A stretch of 64,000 nucleotides of DNA, from NCBI GenBank assembly GCA_043228905.1, contig JBHGNT010000022.1:10354001-10418000 (forward strand), given 5' to 3'. Below the pieces are notes generated by a model. That model worked only from the letters and a program-made list of their open reading frames with translations. It was not told where the DNA came from and searched no databases. The position numbers and the translations under genes were made by a program. This document shows, piece after piece, positions 62,401-64,000 of the stretch; position 1 is the first letter of the stretch, and every line of letters begins with the position of its first letter. This stretch comes from Azolla caroliniana. Its lineage: Eukaryota > Plantae > Polypodiophyta.

Positions 62401-63376
62401 TTTCGGGAAATCCATGCAATGTATCATATTTTAGTCTACGTAGCTAGAATTCAATGCAATGCATTAAAATGCAAGAGGATTTTTTTAATGGAAATTTTAA
62501 AAAAAATTCCAAGACTTACAGGAATCTGATGCATTATATCCAATTCTAGATGTATAGAGTAAAATTCGACATGTTGCGTCAAATCTAGATGGAATGAATC
62601 GGATTTCTGTACGACATCAAAGGCTTACTATGAGAATCTAAGAAAAATGGAAAACATCTTTAAGACATTTTTTAGATTCTAATGATTTTGGTAGAAAGCT
62701 TCTCTCAGATAATCTAATCTTCTAAATGGAAAGTACATAATGAAATATCATAACCAGAAAGTGAGGAGGAAAGATGCATCAACCACATCTACTCTTACAT
62801 TGGATAATGTTTATATATTAGTGTATGACTTATCTTTGACCAAAACAAGTTATCTGTGACAGACCACAATGAAGATACTAAAAGAGGATCTGGAATGTGG
62901 CTTTAGACACAACACAAAGACAAACAAGAAGCATGACTCATAAACTCGATGAGGTTGGATTGCAATTGGATCAACACAATGCATTAGTTGCCATTGATGA
63001 TGAGGATGAGACATCATAAACTCGTACTAGTTCATCTAATGGGTATGAAGATGATGACATAAACTTGAAAAATGATTGTCCTGATATGTTAACTATAAAT
63101 ATTGTATTGCACATCAAGATTTGGATTCAGAATTTCTATAAATATTGGGGTTAGTCATTTTGGACATTCATTTGTAAGTTTGGCATGTCCATTATTTAGG
63201 CATTTTTTTGAACACCTAAATTTCCGTACATGTTAAAAATCAATATATTTTTGGGTCATTTTTTAATTCCTTTACGCATGCGGCACCCCTTTTTGTGAAT
63301 CACCCTAATTTGTGTCATTTTTTGATGGACAGTTCTCAAAATGCGACATATTACCTGTTTCAAATGTCCCGGTGTT
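59437..63376. mobile_element. Non-autonomous DNA transposon with 37-bp TIRs and 4-bp TSD, inserted in O gag
   Basis: TIR AACACCGGG(T/A)CATTTGAAACAGGTAATATGTCGCATT at 59437-59473 and 63340-63376; TSD CCAT; removal restores the gag frame FLNGIPNGDYHWIV. Confidence 0.92.
60615..62610. repeat. Array of ~50-bp palindromes separated by A/T tracts
   Basis: About 15-20 copies of GGATTTTCAATGGAAATCCGATGCA-N-TGCATCGGATTTCCATTGAAAATCC, e.g. 61477-61529. Confidence 0.9.
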
Positions 63377-63630
63377 CCATTAGGAATACCATTCAAAAAG
63401 CAAGCAACAAACCATTTCTCACCTATAAGTCCCGATTTTTGGGTCTGGGTCCAAGCATGATGCACATAATCCTCGAGAGAGGTAAATGGCTTACTCGACA
63501 ACGTGAGCAAGTGTTGCGCTTGTTCAATTTGAGAAGGTGGCTGCAAAAACCGTTTCTTAAAAAAAATCAACGAAACCTTCCCAAGTTGTGGGTAAGCTCT
63601 TTGCAGTCCTTAGGCCGCGCCACCATAGAA

Positions 63631-64000
63631 TGTTGAAGAGGCTTCGTTAGAAAATCAGCCCACATTTGATGAGTGGGAGCAAACTTTAACTCTATCTTCT
63701 TCGTTTCAATGAGATCACGAAGAAAGTGATGCTTCAAATCCACATGACGAATATTGTCGCTCATCTTTGGATTGTTGGCTAACTTGATGCAAGATTGATT
63801 ATCACAAAATAAAGTCACTGGTGGAATAGTAAATAACTTAAATTCATCGAGCATAGCTTTAATCCATATGCCTTCTTTAGCCGCTAAAGCCGCGGCAACA
63901 TATTCAGCTTCGGTGGATGACAATGCTACGGTAGTTTGTTTCTTTGACTTCCACGAAATTGCACCACCAGCTAGTGTGTAAACATATCCACCTGTTGACT
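63631..64000 (-). pseudogene. Ty1/copia RNase H fragment
   Basis: GGAISWKSKKQTTVALSSTEAEY...FCDNQS...HVDLKHHF...ADFLTKPL. Confidence 0.92.

Larger units (their letters stand above)
55418..63630 (-). mobile_element. Plant chromovirus O (Tekay/Reina-like): gag, PR, RT, RH, INT, chromodomain remnant, 3' LTR 55418-55890; 5' end lost
   Basis: [60 protein letters not shown]; PPT GAAGTAGGGGAATA before TGTTATG. Confidence 0.88.

Noticed and set aside
60615-62610. CRISPR-like array (palindromic repeats with spacers)
   Set aside because: Spacers are ~100-nt low-complexity A/T tracts that resemble each other, the repeats are degenerate, no cas genes are present and the context is eukaryotic.

Overview
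Plant heterochromatin-like window made entirely of nested, mostly decayed transposable elements. I found no host gene. The lineage mix suggests a non-seed plant such as a fern (inference). The nest can be rebuilt from LTR ends and target-site duplications (TSDs). Copia element A (from 271) carries a 2-kb gag-only element B (1358-3315) and a 35.5-kb Ty3/gypsy element C (4443-39955, TSD AGGAG). C contains a tRNA-Trp-primed gypsy D, and D contains gypsy E, copia H (itself containing gypsy F) and two solo LTRs. An ~18-kb inversion (~10.1-28.1 kb) scrambles this nest. Further right lie fragments G, J, K, L, M, N and O, plus a 3.9-kb TIR element with a 4-bp TSD and an internal array of palindromes. 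Main finding: three LTR-divergent families of one gypsy lineage (C, E, G) have no polypurine tract. In its place, 2 nt from the 3' LTR, they carry a structurally conserved mimic of a tRNA-Arg 3' half ending in CCA. In C and E, where the 5' end survives, the mimic is complementary to the element's own PBS. It directly follows a conserved extra ORF of unknown function. All calls were made by eye, and the tRNA reference sequences are from memory.
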